This document shows, piece after piece, positions 20,106 through 29,006 of a stretch of 64,000 nt of DNA. This stretch comes from Patescibacteria group bacterium. GTDB taxonomy: Bacteria > Patescibacteriota > WWE3 > JAUXAW01 > JAYEID01. Each line of letters starts with the position of its first letter. Positions within the stretch are counted from its first letter, which is position 1. Position numbers and translations under genes: made by a program. The notes beneath the pieces were generated by a model, which had not been told where the DNA came from, made no database searches, and saw only the letters and a program-made list of their open reading frames with translations. The DNA lies in NCBI GenBank assembly GCA_034659915.1, contig JAYEID010000002.1, positions 2,089 to 66,088 on the forward strand. Direction: 5' to 3'.

Positions 20106-20761
20106 CCAATTTATTTAATAAGTTACACAGTTCCAAACTATTGGCTAGTATTTTTTCTACGCTTAATTCCTGTCTAAAGCGTGAGTTGAAGAAGTGCTCC
20201 ACAGTTTTGGATATTGGTTGTGGCCCATCATCCCCTTTACAGCACTGCGAAAGTATTGAATATAGTGTTGGGGTAGAGCCGTATAAACCATATCTACAAA
20301 AAACCAAAGAAAAGAATATTCATAATGATTATTATGATAAAAAGATTGAAAGTTTGAATTTTGAAAAAAATCAGTTTGATGCTGTGATAATGTTAGAAGT
20401 AATTGAGCATCTACCCAAAGATGCAGGATTTGAACTTTTAAAACGGTCTGAAAAATGGGCAAAGAAGAAAATTATTATTTCTACGCCCAATGGTTTTTTG
20501 GAACAGGGCGAAAGTGATGAAAACCCATTGCAAAGACATCGTTCGGGTTGGGGAGTTGAGGAACTGCATTCTTTTGGTTTAGCAGGTTTGAAGCTGCTTC
20601 GATGTGAAAATCAGGATGATAGTATGGTAGAGGGAAATTTGTTGTCTTCAATACGCTGGCAACCGAAGCCATTTTGGTTTGGTGTGGCAACATTATCCCA
20701 GGCACTAACTTATTATTTGCCGAATTTTGCATTTGAACTTTTTGGCGTTAAGGAATTATGA
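20102..20761 (+). CDS. SAM-dependent methyltransferase
   Basis: VLDIGCGPSSP motif I; ...VIMLEVIEHL motif. Confidence 0.55.
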   Translation: MTNLFNKLHSSKLLASIFSTLNSCLKRELKKCSTVLDIGCGPSSPLQHCESIEYSVGVEPYKPYLQKTKEKNIHNDYYDKKIESLNFEKNQFDAVIMLEVIEHLPKDAGFELLKRSEKWAKKKIIISTPNGFLEQGESDENPLQRHRSGWGVEELHSFGLAGLKLLRCENQDDSMVEGNLLSSIRWQPKPFWFGVATLSQALTYYLPNFAFELFGVKEL

Positions 20762-20780
20762 AAACAAAAGAAATTAAGTA

Positions 20781-23700
20781 ATGAAAAAAACGTTGTTTGT
20801 TTTTATTTTTTACGGACTGATAACTCTTTTTTTTCTAAGAGGGGTTTTGTTTTTTCCGGGACAACCTGCTGGCGGGGATTGGGGGTTTCCATTTACTCCG
20901 GCACAAGTAAGTCGTTATTTCGAAAGTAATCTTTATACCTGGACAGATACACAGCTTTTTGGGAGCCAGCAATACTTTCTTAATGGATTACCCTTTCGAT
21001 TTTTGACTTTGGTAGTGACTAGTTTGGGTATAACATGTGATATATATGCCAAGATTCTTCTAATCGTAGCGTTTGTTTTTCCTGCATTGTCAATGTATGC
21101 CCTTTGCAACTTTCTTGGTTGTGATAGGAAAGAAAGTTTTCTGGGCGGGCTTTTTTATATTACTTTTCCCTTCGTTTTTAACTATATAGCAATGGGATGG
21201 TTATTTGTTTTGTTCTCTATGGGTATATTGCCTTTGGCTGTTGTTTTTTTTATTAAATCAGTTGAAGATAAAAACATTTTTTACGCTATCTTGACAGGAG
21301 TTTTGTATTTTCTGGCAATGATCCAATCCCAAACCCTCATTTGGTATCCTTTAGTTTTTCTTTCTTTGAGTATATTTTTTGTGGGAGAAAGAGAAAGAAT
21401 TTTTTCTTACGTCAAATCATTTTTAGTTGTTCTTTTGGTCTTTTCTGCTCTCAACACGTACCTTTGGTTACCGTTATTTTTGGGTGAGGGAAGCGGTGTT
21501 GTTTCTACAAAACTTGCGTTATCGCCAGGCAGCTTGGGAACATGGGCTAGATTGAGTTATCCAAATGTTTTAAGAGCTTGGGGTAGCTTATTTAATTATC
21601 AATATGAGTCTAGCTATCCAGTAGTTTTGACACCTTTTTCTTTTTTTATTCCCGTTTTAGCGTATTCTTCACTATTTTTAGTTTTTGGCAAAAAGAAAAA
21701 AATCGTGTTGTCTTTTGCCGCGTTGTCGTTTATACCCTTATTTCTGCTTATATTAGGCCCAGATATCATTGTAAAGCTACCCTTTTCCGATATCATCCGT
21801 GATGCTGGAAGATTTTCAGTTCTTTCCTCTTTCTCCTATGTTGTTATGGCAATTTTAACTTTGCGGGTTCTGTTTAAACAGGCTAAGGGCCATTCTAATA
21901 TATTTAAAATTGGGTTGATTATTGTTCTTGCTATTAATACGTATCCATTTTGGTCAGGTGCTCTTTATGGAGAACAAGAGCATCAATATGATATTAGGTT
22001 GCGGGGTTATGAGTTTCCTCTAGGATACACTTCTCTAGAAGAAAGTTTAAAGAACAAAAGGGGGGACATTAAAGTTTTGTATCTCCCAATTGGGGGCAGT
22101 TTAAACATTGTTGACGATAAAAGGTTTTACGGTCCCTTTAAGGAAATACAGGATATTTTTGCAGCCCTTTCGCCCAAACCGGGAGTTATTACTATTAATG
22201 ACAGAGACTTAGGTGCTGCCTCAAAATTGATTTTTCATATGAGAACGGTGCTTAAGAGCCAGCATTTTAATACCTTTGATAGTTTACTTCCTTTGATGAA
22301 TGTGCGCTATATTGCAGTTAGAGAAAATGTAAAGCATTCGCCAGGCCTTCCGGGAAAAGGACAGACTATTTTATTGAGTGAAAAGACTGATTTAAATATG
22401 GAGAACCGGTGGAGCAGAATTTCGCTATTGAAAAATGAAAGATTTATTCCTCATTTTTATGTACCTAGAACAGAAAATTACGTGGTAGGTGAAGTTTCAA
22501 TCTTGTCAGATGTTTTGGATATTTTAGAATCTCCGTTACGCACTTCAATGTATATTGTTCCTTTGGAAACAATGCAAGAGGGTTTGAGTACTCCTATTTT
22601 AAAGAAAAAAAGAACAAATGTTCTAACTCGGGCAGATAGTGTTTTGGTTGAGGCTTCTTTATTTTATTTTGATAGTTTTGATGAGGTATTGGAATGGGGT
22701 GATGGCTGGGTGTGGCCGGAAGTGAGTGTGGATCCGGATAGTTGGAAATATCCTGCGGTGAAAATTAAAGAACGTTGGGTGGAGTTCCGGGCTGGGGATT
22801 CTCTGGCGGAGGCGGATGTTTTGATTTGGCATGCGAGTAAGAAGATAGCGGAGATTGAAAAGTTCAATCCAGCGAAGGCTAAAGCCGAAAAATTGCTGGA
22901 GAATTATTTGGAGAAGGCTGGGAGGTCTGTTGATGTGCTCAAGAGTGTTCCGGAGGAAGAAAGAGACGAGGATTATTGGGGGATGGTGAATAAAGTTCTG
23001 GCGTACACTGATAAAGCTGAAGAGAAGATCGCTGAGAACACTGATGGGAAATCGGAGGAGATTAGGAAATTAAGGGATGATTTTAGGGGTTGGGTGGAGG
23101 AGGAAGGTGACTTTTGGTGTCCGGAGGAGAAGTATTGTTATGAGGTGGGTGTGCCTGAGGGCGGTCTATATACGCTGTATATAGACAAGAACACCCTTCG
23201 ATCAGACTCAGGGCAGGCAGATGACACAGATAAGGGGCAGATCGAACAGATAGATGGGGAGGCAAAGAACACGGATAATACGGATAGAGGACAGATTGAA
23301 CGGATCAATGCTGAAGTTGTTAATCTAGAACCAGTAACGGAGGAAATTGATGGAGGGCCTGTCCCCCATAGCTTTAGCGACGGGGGATGGGTGAGTTATG
23401 GGGAGTATGAGTTTGAGGAAAGTGAAGGGCAGAAAATTGTTCTGGATCTGCCGGAGATGCCTAATTTGGTTGGAACTGATTTACGAGATGTATCGTTTTC
23501 CGGCTTTTTAAGTATGCGGGATAGGTTCTTGCGCGACGAGATTCAAGATTGGCAAGCCGGTGAGAATTATAAACTTTCTTTTGATTATACGACTTTAGGC
23601 GGGGGTATTGGCGTGGCGGTTTTTGAAGAAACTTTTGATTGGGAGAAGCTTGCCGAAAGTGGGGCAGGTTACGAAGAGGTAAAGGATGATCCGGAATTTT

Positions 23701-24662
23701 TTGAAATGAATACTATTTTTAGAAAAGAATTACAAAGTCCTTCTCTGTATTTTGAAGAAGAGGGGTACCTTGACAGTTGGGAAAGTTTTGAGACGGAACT
23801 TGAACCAAGTTCTTATACCCGCGGGGCAACGCTTCTTATTTATGCTGTTCCTGATGAAGATGGGTTTACTGAGGCTGGCGCTCGGGATGTTTCGGTGCAG
23901 AGAATTTTGGAGCCCAAACTGGTTCTTAGGAAAGACGCGGAGAACGCGGATATAGATACGGAGAACGCGGACGCGGACACCGATAACGCGGATAAGGAGC
24001 TGATAACGCGGGATATTCCGAACATAAAATTTATAAGGGTTAATCCGACGAAATACAAGATTCAAGTTAGTGGGGCGACGGAGGCTTATCCGTTGGTGTT
24101 TAGTGAGAGTTTTCATGATGGATGGAAGGTTTACGCGGATAATACTGACGGGGAAACGGATAACGCGGAAAGAGACGAAGGAAAAATAGGGAATAGTGAA
24201 GAAGATAAGGGATATGGAATAGGGAATAATATAACAAGAACTTTTTGGAGCGTATTGGGAAGAGGTTTAGCTTGGATTACTGATTTGTTTTTGGATAACG
24301 GGGATTATGGAGAGGAGGTTGCCAGTTATTTTGACGGGGAAATTCGTGAGGGTACGCATAGGAATACTTTTATGGAACCGGCAACTTTTGAAACTTGGGG
24401 TAAGAAGCCTATTGAAGCAGAACATATTAAAGTGAATGGCTATGCCAACTCTTGGTACATTGATCCAACACGGATTTGCGCGGATGCAGATATATGTACG
24501 GAGAACGCGGATGGGAGTTATGATATGGAGTTGGTGGTGGAGTTTTTCCCCCAGCGTCTTTTTTACCTAGGATTACTGATAAGTAGCTTAACGCTGGTTG
24601 GTTGTGTTAGCTATTTGGGATTTGCAGTAATTAAGGGCAAAAAAGACGTGAGAAATTCATAA
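20781..24662 (+). CDS. 1293-aa membrane protein: N-terminal multi-TM domain, long acidic repeat-containing extracytoplasmic region, C-terminal TM anchor
   Basis: At least 9 TM helices in the first ~400 aa. Imperfect peptide repeats DDTDKGQIEQIDGEAKNTDNTDRGQIERINAEV (about 23215-23310) and ENADIDTENADADTDNADKE (about 23935-24010), with further TDNAE/TENADG motifs built on an AACGCGGA DNA motif. C-terminal anchor PQRLFYLGLLISSLTLVGCVSYLGFAV. Confidence 0.55.
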   Translation: MKKTLFVFIFYGLITLFFLRGVLFFPGQPAGGDWGFPFTPAQVSRYFESNLYTWTDTQLFGSQQYFLNGLPFRFLTLVVTSLGITCDIYAKILLIVAFVFPALSMYALCNFLGCDRKESFLGGLFYITFPFVFNYIAMGWLFVLFSMGILPLAVVFFIKSVEDKNIFYAILTGVLYFLAMIQSQTLIWYPLVFLSLSIFFVGERERIFSYVKSFLVVLLVFSALNTYLWLPLFLGEGSGVVSTKLALSPGSLGTWARLSYPNVLRAWGSLFNYQYESSYPVVLTPFSFFIPVLAYSSLFLVFGKKKKIVLSFAALSFIPLFLLILGPDIIVKLPFSDIIRDAGRFSVLSSFSYVVMAILTLRVLFKQAKGHSNIFKIGLIIVLAINTYPFWSGALYGEQEHQYDIRLRGYEFPLGYTSLEESLKNKRGDIKVLYLPIGGSLNIVDDKRFYGPFKEIQDIFAALSPKPGVITINDRDLGAASKLIFHMRTVLKSQHFNTFDSLLPLMNVRYIAVRENVKHSPGLPGKGQTILLSEKTDLNMENRWSRISLLKNERFIPHFYVPRTENYVVGEVSILSDVLDILESPLRTSMYIVPLETMQEGLSTPILKKKRTNVLTRADSVLVEASLFYFDSFDEVLEWGDGWVWPEVSVDPDSWKYPAVKIKERWVEFRAGDSLAEADVLIWHASKKIAEIEKFNPAKAKAEKLLENYLEKAGRSVDVLKSVPEEERDEDYWGMVNKVLAYTDKAEEKIAENTDGKSEEIRKLRDDFRGWVEEEGDFWCPEEKYCYEVGVPEGGLYTLYIDKNTLRSDSGQADDTDKGQIEQIDGEAKNTDNTDRGQIERINAEVVNLEPVTEEIDGGPVPHSFSDGGWVSYGEYEFEESEGQKIVLDLPEMPNLVGTDLRDVSFSGFLSMRDRFLRDEIQDWQAGENYKLSFDYTTLGGGIGVAVFEETFDWEKLAESGAGYEEVKDDPEFFEMNTIFRKELQSPSLYFEEEGYLDSWESFETELEPSSYTRGATLLIYAVPDEDGFTEAGARDVSVQRILEPKLVLRKDAENADIDTENADADTDNADKELITRDIPNIKFIRVNPTKYKIQVSGATEAYPLVFSESFHDGWKVYADNTDGETDNAERDEGKIGNSEEDKGYGIGNNITRTFWSVLGRGLAWITDLFLDNGDYGEEVASYFDGEIREGTHRNTFMEPATFETWGKKPIEAEHIKVNGYANSWYIDPTRICADADICTENADGSYDMELVVEFFPQRLFYLGLLISSLTLVGCVSYLGFAVIKGKKDVRNS

Positions 24663-24668
24663 ACTATT

Positions 24669-24926
24669 ATGTTCTACGTTTATGTATTGCTGAGTGAAAA
24701 AGATGGTAAACGTTATATTGGTTATACCGAGGATTTGAGAAAGCGCGTTAAGGAACATAATTCAGGTAAAGTTAAATCAACCAGACATCGAAGACCTTTA
24801 CACTTGATTTATTATGAGGCTTGTCTAAATAAGAAAGATGCGAAGGCGAGAGAAAAGTATTTGAAAGGTGCGTGGGGATATAAATTTTTGGACAAACGCC
24901 TTAAGAATTTCTATGAAAGTTTATGA
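24669..24926 (+). CDS. GIY-YIG nuclease family protein (85 aa, catalytic domain only)
   Basis: FYVYVLLSEKDGKRYIGYTEDLRKRVKEHN matches the GIY...YIG...R...E...N motif set. Starts 7 bp after the stop of the 1293-aa gene. Confidence 0.8.
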   Translation: MFYVYVLLSEKDGKRYIGYTEDLRKRVKEHNSGKVKSTRHRRPLHLIYYEACLNKKDAKAREKYLKGAWGYKFLDKRLKNFYESL

Positions 24927-24965
24927 ATTTCGGGGGCAAGTATCCCCGAATTTTGGGACAAAATT

Positions 24966-25083
24966 CTTGGGGTGGCCCCAGAGGCTCTTTTATCTTGGAC
25001 TTTTAATTAGTAGTGTAACTTTGCTGGGTTGCTTGAGTTATCTAGGTTATGCTCTCGTAACTAACGCTAATAAACGCGAATGA
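24966..25083 (+). pseudogene. orphan gene fragment paralogous to the C-terminal TM anchor of CDS 20781..24662
   Basis: Encodes GWPQRLFYLGLLISSVTLLGCLSYLGYALV, against PQRLFYLGLLISSLTLVGCVSYLGFAV at the end of the 1293-aa protein. DNA differences are mostly synonymous or conservative. The upstream part of track ORF 24868..25083 overlaps the GIY-YIG gene out of frame. Confidence 0.45.
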
Positions 25084-25116
25084 CTGCGCGAATTCACGCG
25101 AAATCTATAAGCAGTA

Positions 25117-25755
25117 TTAGTTCTCCTTTTTTTCATAGAAACCGGATAGTTCGTAGAGTTTATCTAAGACAGGGAGGGAGGTGTTGATGATTTTTTGCAC
25201 ATCTTCCCGTTTTAGAACTGGGTAGTAATCCAAAGGCTTACAAATAGTAAGAATTTCGTGAACTGCCTCGTAAAGCTCGTTGGAAAGGTAGCCCTTTTCG
25301 TGCAGATGCTTGGCAACATCTTCTGCCGGTTGGTCGTGAATTTTTTCTTTGTCTTTTAACCACCGTTCTTGAATTTCATAAAGCCTTTTCTTTATTTGCT
25401 GACGAATTTTTCCAGTAGTAAGGCAGGGGTTGGTGTCATCCGTTGAATTCTTTATTTTTTCTTGCACTTGGTTTTTTACGTTTTCATTTTCCACACCGTC
25501 TTTTTGGCGCAAATTGCGTACAGCCTGGCGCGCCCGCTCCAAATCTCTTTCGAAAGAAAAGAAATAGGCAATGTTCCCTTTCTTAATAGAAGGAAGAATA
25601 AGCATAATAAAAAGAATTGCTAAAAACCAGGCGGAATGGCGATCCACATTAACTAGGTTAGGAAAAAAGGTATGGAGAATAAGGATAAGGAGGACAAGTA
25701 GAGTGTAAAGCAATGCTGGTGTAATCTTGCGAAAAATATTCTTAACAATCTCCAC
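25117..25755 (-). CDS. hypothetical membrane-anchored protein (2 N-terminal TM helices plus charged soluble domain)
   Basis: ORF only; no motifs recognised. Confidence 0.45.
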   Translation of the reverse strand: MEIVKNIFRKITPALLYTLLVLLILILHTFFPNLVNVDRHSAWFLAILFIMLILPSIKKGNIAYFFSFERDLERARQAVRNLRQKDGVENENVKNQVQEKIKNSTDDTNPCLTTGKIRQQIKKRLYEIQERWLKDKEKIHDQPAEDVAKHLHEKGYLSNELYEAVHEILTICKPLDYYPVLKREDVQKIINTSLPVLDKLYELSGFYEKKEN

Positions 25756-25793
25756 AATTACAAGTTAGCGCAGGATTTGTAGTATGTCAACTG

Positions 25794-26501
25794 TTGGACG
25801 ATTGTCCTTCAGTTCTTGACAAAATTCCATTTTTATTCCACAATTACTACCAAATGATTAGTATTTCTGGAATAAAATACCAAGAAAAACTGGAAAAATT
25901 GCCGTATTTTAATAAAAAGACGGCGGGGATGCTTATTGGCAAAAGCGGCAAGAATTTGGATAAGAAAATACAAGCCCTTTTGGATAAGGGTTACCTTGTT
26001 TCGTTAAAAAAGGGCCTCTATGTCACTTCGACGTTTGCAGAAAAGGAGAGCAGTAAATCTCGGTATTTGGAATATTTGGCCAATGTTTTGCGCTACCCTT
26101 CTTATGTTTCCTTGGAATATATTTTAGCGAAAAACGGGTTGATTCCGGAAGCTGTTTATTCAATTACCTCCATAACTCTTAAAACCACGCGCACTTACAA
26201 AAACGAGTTAGCCAGTTTTATCTACCGCAACATTAAGGAGCCTCTTTTCTGCGGTTATAATACAAAGCGTTATTTGGATAACAAGGTTAAAATAGCTGTG
26301 CCTGCCAAAGCACTTTTTGATTTTTTGTACCTTAAAAGCGGCTTAACGGACAATTTAGAATATCAACTTTTGGAGAAACTTCGTATTAATTGGGAGCAGT
26401 TGGTTAGGCAAGATGTGGAAGAGTTCCGTGCGTTCGTTAAAAAAGCGGATTCTTCAAAGATGGAGAGTATTCTTGAAGTTTTAGAAAAGGAGGTATTTTA
26501 A
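25794..26501 (+). CDS. AbiEi-like antitoxin/transcriptional regulator (type IV TA), putative
   Basis: Sits immediately upstream of, and overlaps by 1 bp (ATGA), an AbiEii-family nucleotidyltransferase gene. Size and the basic N-terminal region are consistent with the AbiEi wHTH family. Assignment rests mainly on context. Confidence 0.45.
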   Translation: MDDCPSVLDKIPFLFHNYYQMISISGIKYQEKLEKLPYFNKKTAGMLIGKSGKNLDKKIQALLDKGYLVSLKKGLYVTSTFAEKESSKSRYLEYLANVLRYPSYVSLEYILAKNGLIPEAVYSITSITLKTTRTYKNELASFIYRNIKEPLFCGYNTKRYLDNKVKIAVPAKALFDFLYLKSGLTDNLEYQLLEKLRINWEQLVRQDVEEFRAFVKKADSSKMESILEVLEKEVF

Positions 26502-27331
26502 TGCTTGTTAACAGTCTGGCTCGCACTGTAAATGAAAATCAAGATGAACCAAAAATATTTCTCCGCAATCTTTTAAAGGAGGTATTGCAGGGGTATACAT
26601 TAAATTTTATTTATACCTCTAATTACCAAGATGACTTTCTTTTTACGGGAGGGACTTGCCTGCGTTTTTGTTTTGGTTTGAACAGGCTTTCGGAAGATTT
26701 GGATTTGGATATAAAAAACGAAGATGATTTTGAACTTGATAAATTCTTAGTAGATTTGGGAGATTATTACCAGAAAGATTTGCAGTTCAAAGATTTGGAA
26801 ATAAAGACAGCGGGTAACGAAAGGCAGGTCTACCTTAAATTCCCTGTGCTGCGGGAGCTTGGTCTTGCAGAAGATGACAGTGAAAGCAATATTCTCTTTT
26901 TGCGATTGGATATTAACCCGTTACCTTCTTTGGTTTTTAGCGAGGATGTTTCTATGTATTCCAGTGCAGACTTTAGTTTTGTGATCAGGAGATATTCTTT
27001 GGAGGACATCTTTGCTTCCAAATTGGCGGCTATCCTCACACGCGAGTTTGAAAAGGGCGGGGGTTCGGCTACTTTCAAAGGAAGAGATTATTATGATTTA
27101 ATTTGGTTTTTGCAAAAAGACGTCGAACCTAACTACGAAAGGATAGAAGACCTTACGGAGTTTGACTCGCGAGAAGTTATTTTAAAGAATCTCGATGAAA
27201 AAGTGCAAGCCGTTAGTGAGCGTGCTTTGGAAGCGGATCTTTTGCCTCTTTTTGATAACCCGGATTTTGTAAAGGATTTTTCTCGTCAATTTAAAGAGCT
27301 TTATTCGGAGCTCCGCCCCCGTTTAGCTTAA
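26501..27331 (+). CDS. nucleotidyltransferase AbiEii/AbiGii toxin family protein (DUF1814)
   Basis: GGTCLRFCFGLNRLSEDLDLD matches the GGTAL...R.SeDlDf signature of AbiEii NTase toxins. Confidence 0.65.
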   Translation: MLVNSLARTVNENQDEPKIFLRNLLKEVLQGYTLNFIYTSNYQDDFLFTGGTCLRFCFGLNRLSEDLDLDIKNEDDFELDKFLVDLGDYYQKDLQFKDLEIKTAGNERQVYLKFPVLRELGLAEDDSESNILFLRLDINPLPSLVFSEDVSMYSSADFSFVIRRYSLEDIFASKLAAILTREFEKGGGSATFKGRDYYDLIWFLQKDVEPNYERIEDLTEFDSREVILKNLDEKVQAVSERALEADLLPLFDNPDFVKDFSRQFKELYSELRPRLA

Positions 27332-27401
27332 TTTTTTTTGTTATTTTCTATTCCTTATTTTCTATTTCCCATTTCCTATTGATTATGCTATAGTTACGGT
27401 A

Positions 27402-27968
27402 ATGAAGCGATTGCTGGCGGTGACATTTTTGGGGCTCTTTTTTGCTGGGGATGTGTATGCCGGGGAGATTTTGGAGGAGGCGGCGCGGGTTTCCGGGGAA
27501 TTTGGCCGTAAAGATATTAAGCTGGCGGAAGAAGCCCAGGCGGGGGGGATTTATAAACTTCCGTCCATTTCAGTAAAAAATACAGGAACCAACGAAGAAC
27601 GGTTCCAGGTTGACATTGTCTTTTTGGGTAGTGAGGGAGAAGGCTCTGGTGTTTCCTGGCTTAATGTGGAACCTTGGCGAATCACGCTTGACGCGGGAGA
27701 GGAAGCGGATGTAAAGCTGGGGCTAAAAGTTCCTGCCGGGGCGCGGGCAGGGGAATATAATTATCACTTAGAACTTAGGCGGGTATTGGAAGACGGCAAG
27801 GCGCACCCCAATCCGATGGATACTGCCGATATTCGGTTTAATGTGGAGGAGGGAAGTTTTTTTTCTGCAGTGAAGAGGAGGGTATCTTCTTACTTTAGTG
27901 CTAACCCAACGATGAGTCTTGTGGTTGCAGGGATTTTAATAGTTATTGCCATTAGTTTTCTTTGGTAA
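27402..27968 (+). CDS. secreted protein with signal peptide and C-terminal TM anchor, function unknown
   Basis: MKRLLAVTFLGLFFAGDVYA signal-like N-terminus. C-terminal hydrophobic segment MSLVVAGILIVIAISFLW. Confidence 0.45.
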   Translation: MKRLLAVTFLGLFFAGDVYAGEILEEAARVSGEFGRKDIKLAEEAQAGGIYKLPSISVKNTGTNEERFQVDIVFLGSEGEGSGVSWLNVEPWRITLDAGEEADVKLGLKVPAGARAGEYNYHLELRRVLEDGKAHPNPMDTADIRFNVEEGSFFSAVKRRVSSYFSANPTMSLVVAGILIVIAISFLW

Positions 27969-27969
27969 G

Positions 27970-28140
27970 ACGGTGTGGAAGATACTGGATAAGAAATAAG
28001 AAATAGGGAATAATGGATAATGAATAGGAAATAAGAGATAAGGAATAATAAATAAGGGATATAGGGAATAAGAAATAGGGGATAGGGAATACTAAATACT
28101 AGATACCAAATACTAAATACCAAATACTGAATACGATTTA
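27970..28140. repeat. purine-rich degenerate repeat block (GGAATAAG / AATACTAAATAC units), mirror of 2330-2660 block
   Basis: gataagaaataagaaatagggaataatggataatgaataggaaataagag... Similar blocks at 27335-27400 (CT-rich) and 28530-28610 (AG-rich). Confidence 0.6.
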
Positions 28141-28533
28141 ATGGTGAAATTTATAAAAATCATAAAGACAAAGATCAGAAGTTTGTTTGCGTTAATTAAG
28201 GGTAAGTTGGGGCCGTTTCGTTACTATCTTTTGGCATTTACAGCCCTCGGGATTTTTGTGGATACCTTCTTTTTTGACTTTACCTCTGATTTGGTTATTT
28301 TGTTTTTTATTTTTCTTTGGATTATGGCAAGCTGGCTTTTTTCTTTTGAAGGGAGGGTTTCGGTGGGGGTTGGCCTTGGGTTCTTGGTGCTTTGCCCCTT
28401 TCTTTTAATTTTTAAGGCGGATTTTATTGCAGAAAAGGCAGCTGTTTGGGCGTATATGTTTCTTTTGGTGGGTGTTGTACATGAAATCATTGAGTTTAGG
28501 GAGGAAAGAACGCAGGAAGCAAATACTAAATAG
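28141..28533 (+). CDS. small hypothetical membrane protein (130 aa)
   Basis: Three predicted TM helices. Embedded between repeat blocks. Weak. Confidence 0.3.
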   Translation: MVKFIKIIKTKIRSLFALIKGKLGPFRYYLLAFTALGIFVDTFFFDFTSDLVILFFIFLWIMASWLFSFEGRVSVGVGLGFLVLCPFLLIFKADFIAEKAAVWAYMFLLVGVVHEIIEFREERTQEANTK

Positions 28534-28639
28534 TAAATAGTAAATAATAAATAAGAAATAATGAATAAAAAATAGGGAATAATGGATAAGGAATAAGAAG
28601 ATACGTTGTTCCATTGTTCTAGGGCTCGATTGCTAGATA

Positions 28640-28922
28640 CAAACGTTAATGAACGCGAATACTACAAACACGAATCTACGCGAATCAAAAGCGAATAAAC
28701 GCGAATGTAGATTATTGGTGTACTAGTTAGCTGGGTATGAAAAGAAACCTAAGCTCCCGTCATTCTGGAACGGAGGTTGTCAAGGCGGAGTGATAGAATC
28801 TCGGCCCAAAGGGCCGGACGGGAGCGGATAAAAGGAAGACTCTATCAGGCTCGGGGGACCGAGCCTTCCAGAGTGACTGCCTTTTTGTACAAGTTACTAG
28901 TTACGAGTTGCCAGTTACTAAA
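28640..28922. repeat. intergenic composite: G-family ACGCGAAT repeats (28640-28710), hairpin-rich segment (28745-28885), H-family AGTTACTAGTTAC repeats (28888-28922)
   Basis: The same G and H repeat families recur inside CDS 29007..30950 (29826-30088, 30787-30822) and after genes at 25065-25105, 32642-32696 and 33388-33490. Confidence 0.55.
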
Positions 28923-29006
28923 TACTACATACTAAATATTAAATATTAAATATTAAATAGGGATATCAAGTAATGGGTTGCTAACTATTAACTACCAAAA
29001 AAACCA

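Noticed and set aside
28600-29006. tRNA or other canonical RNA gene in the long spacer
   Set aside because: No cloverleaf-compatible segment (acceptor stem plus T-loop GTTC-like motif) could be found by eye. The structure present is better explained by repeat hairpins.
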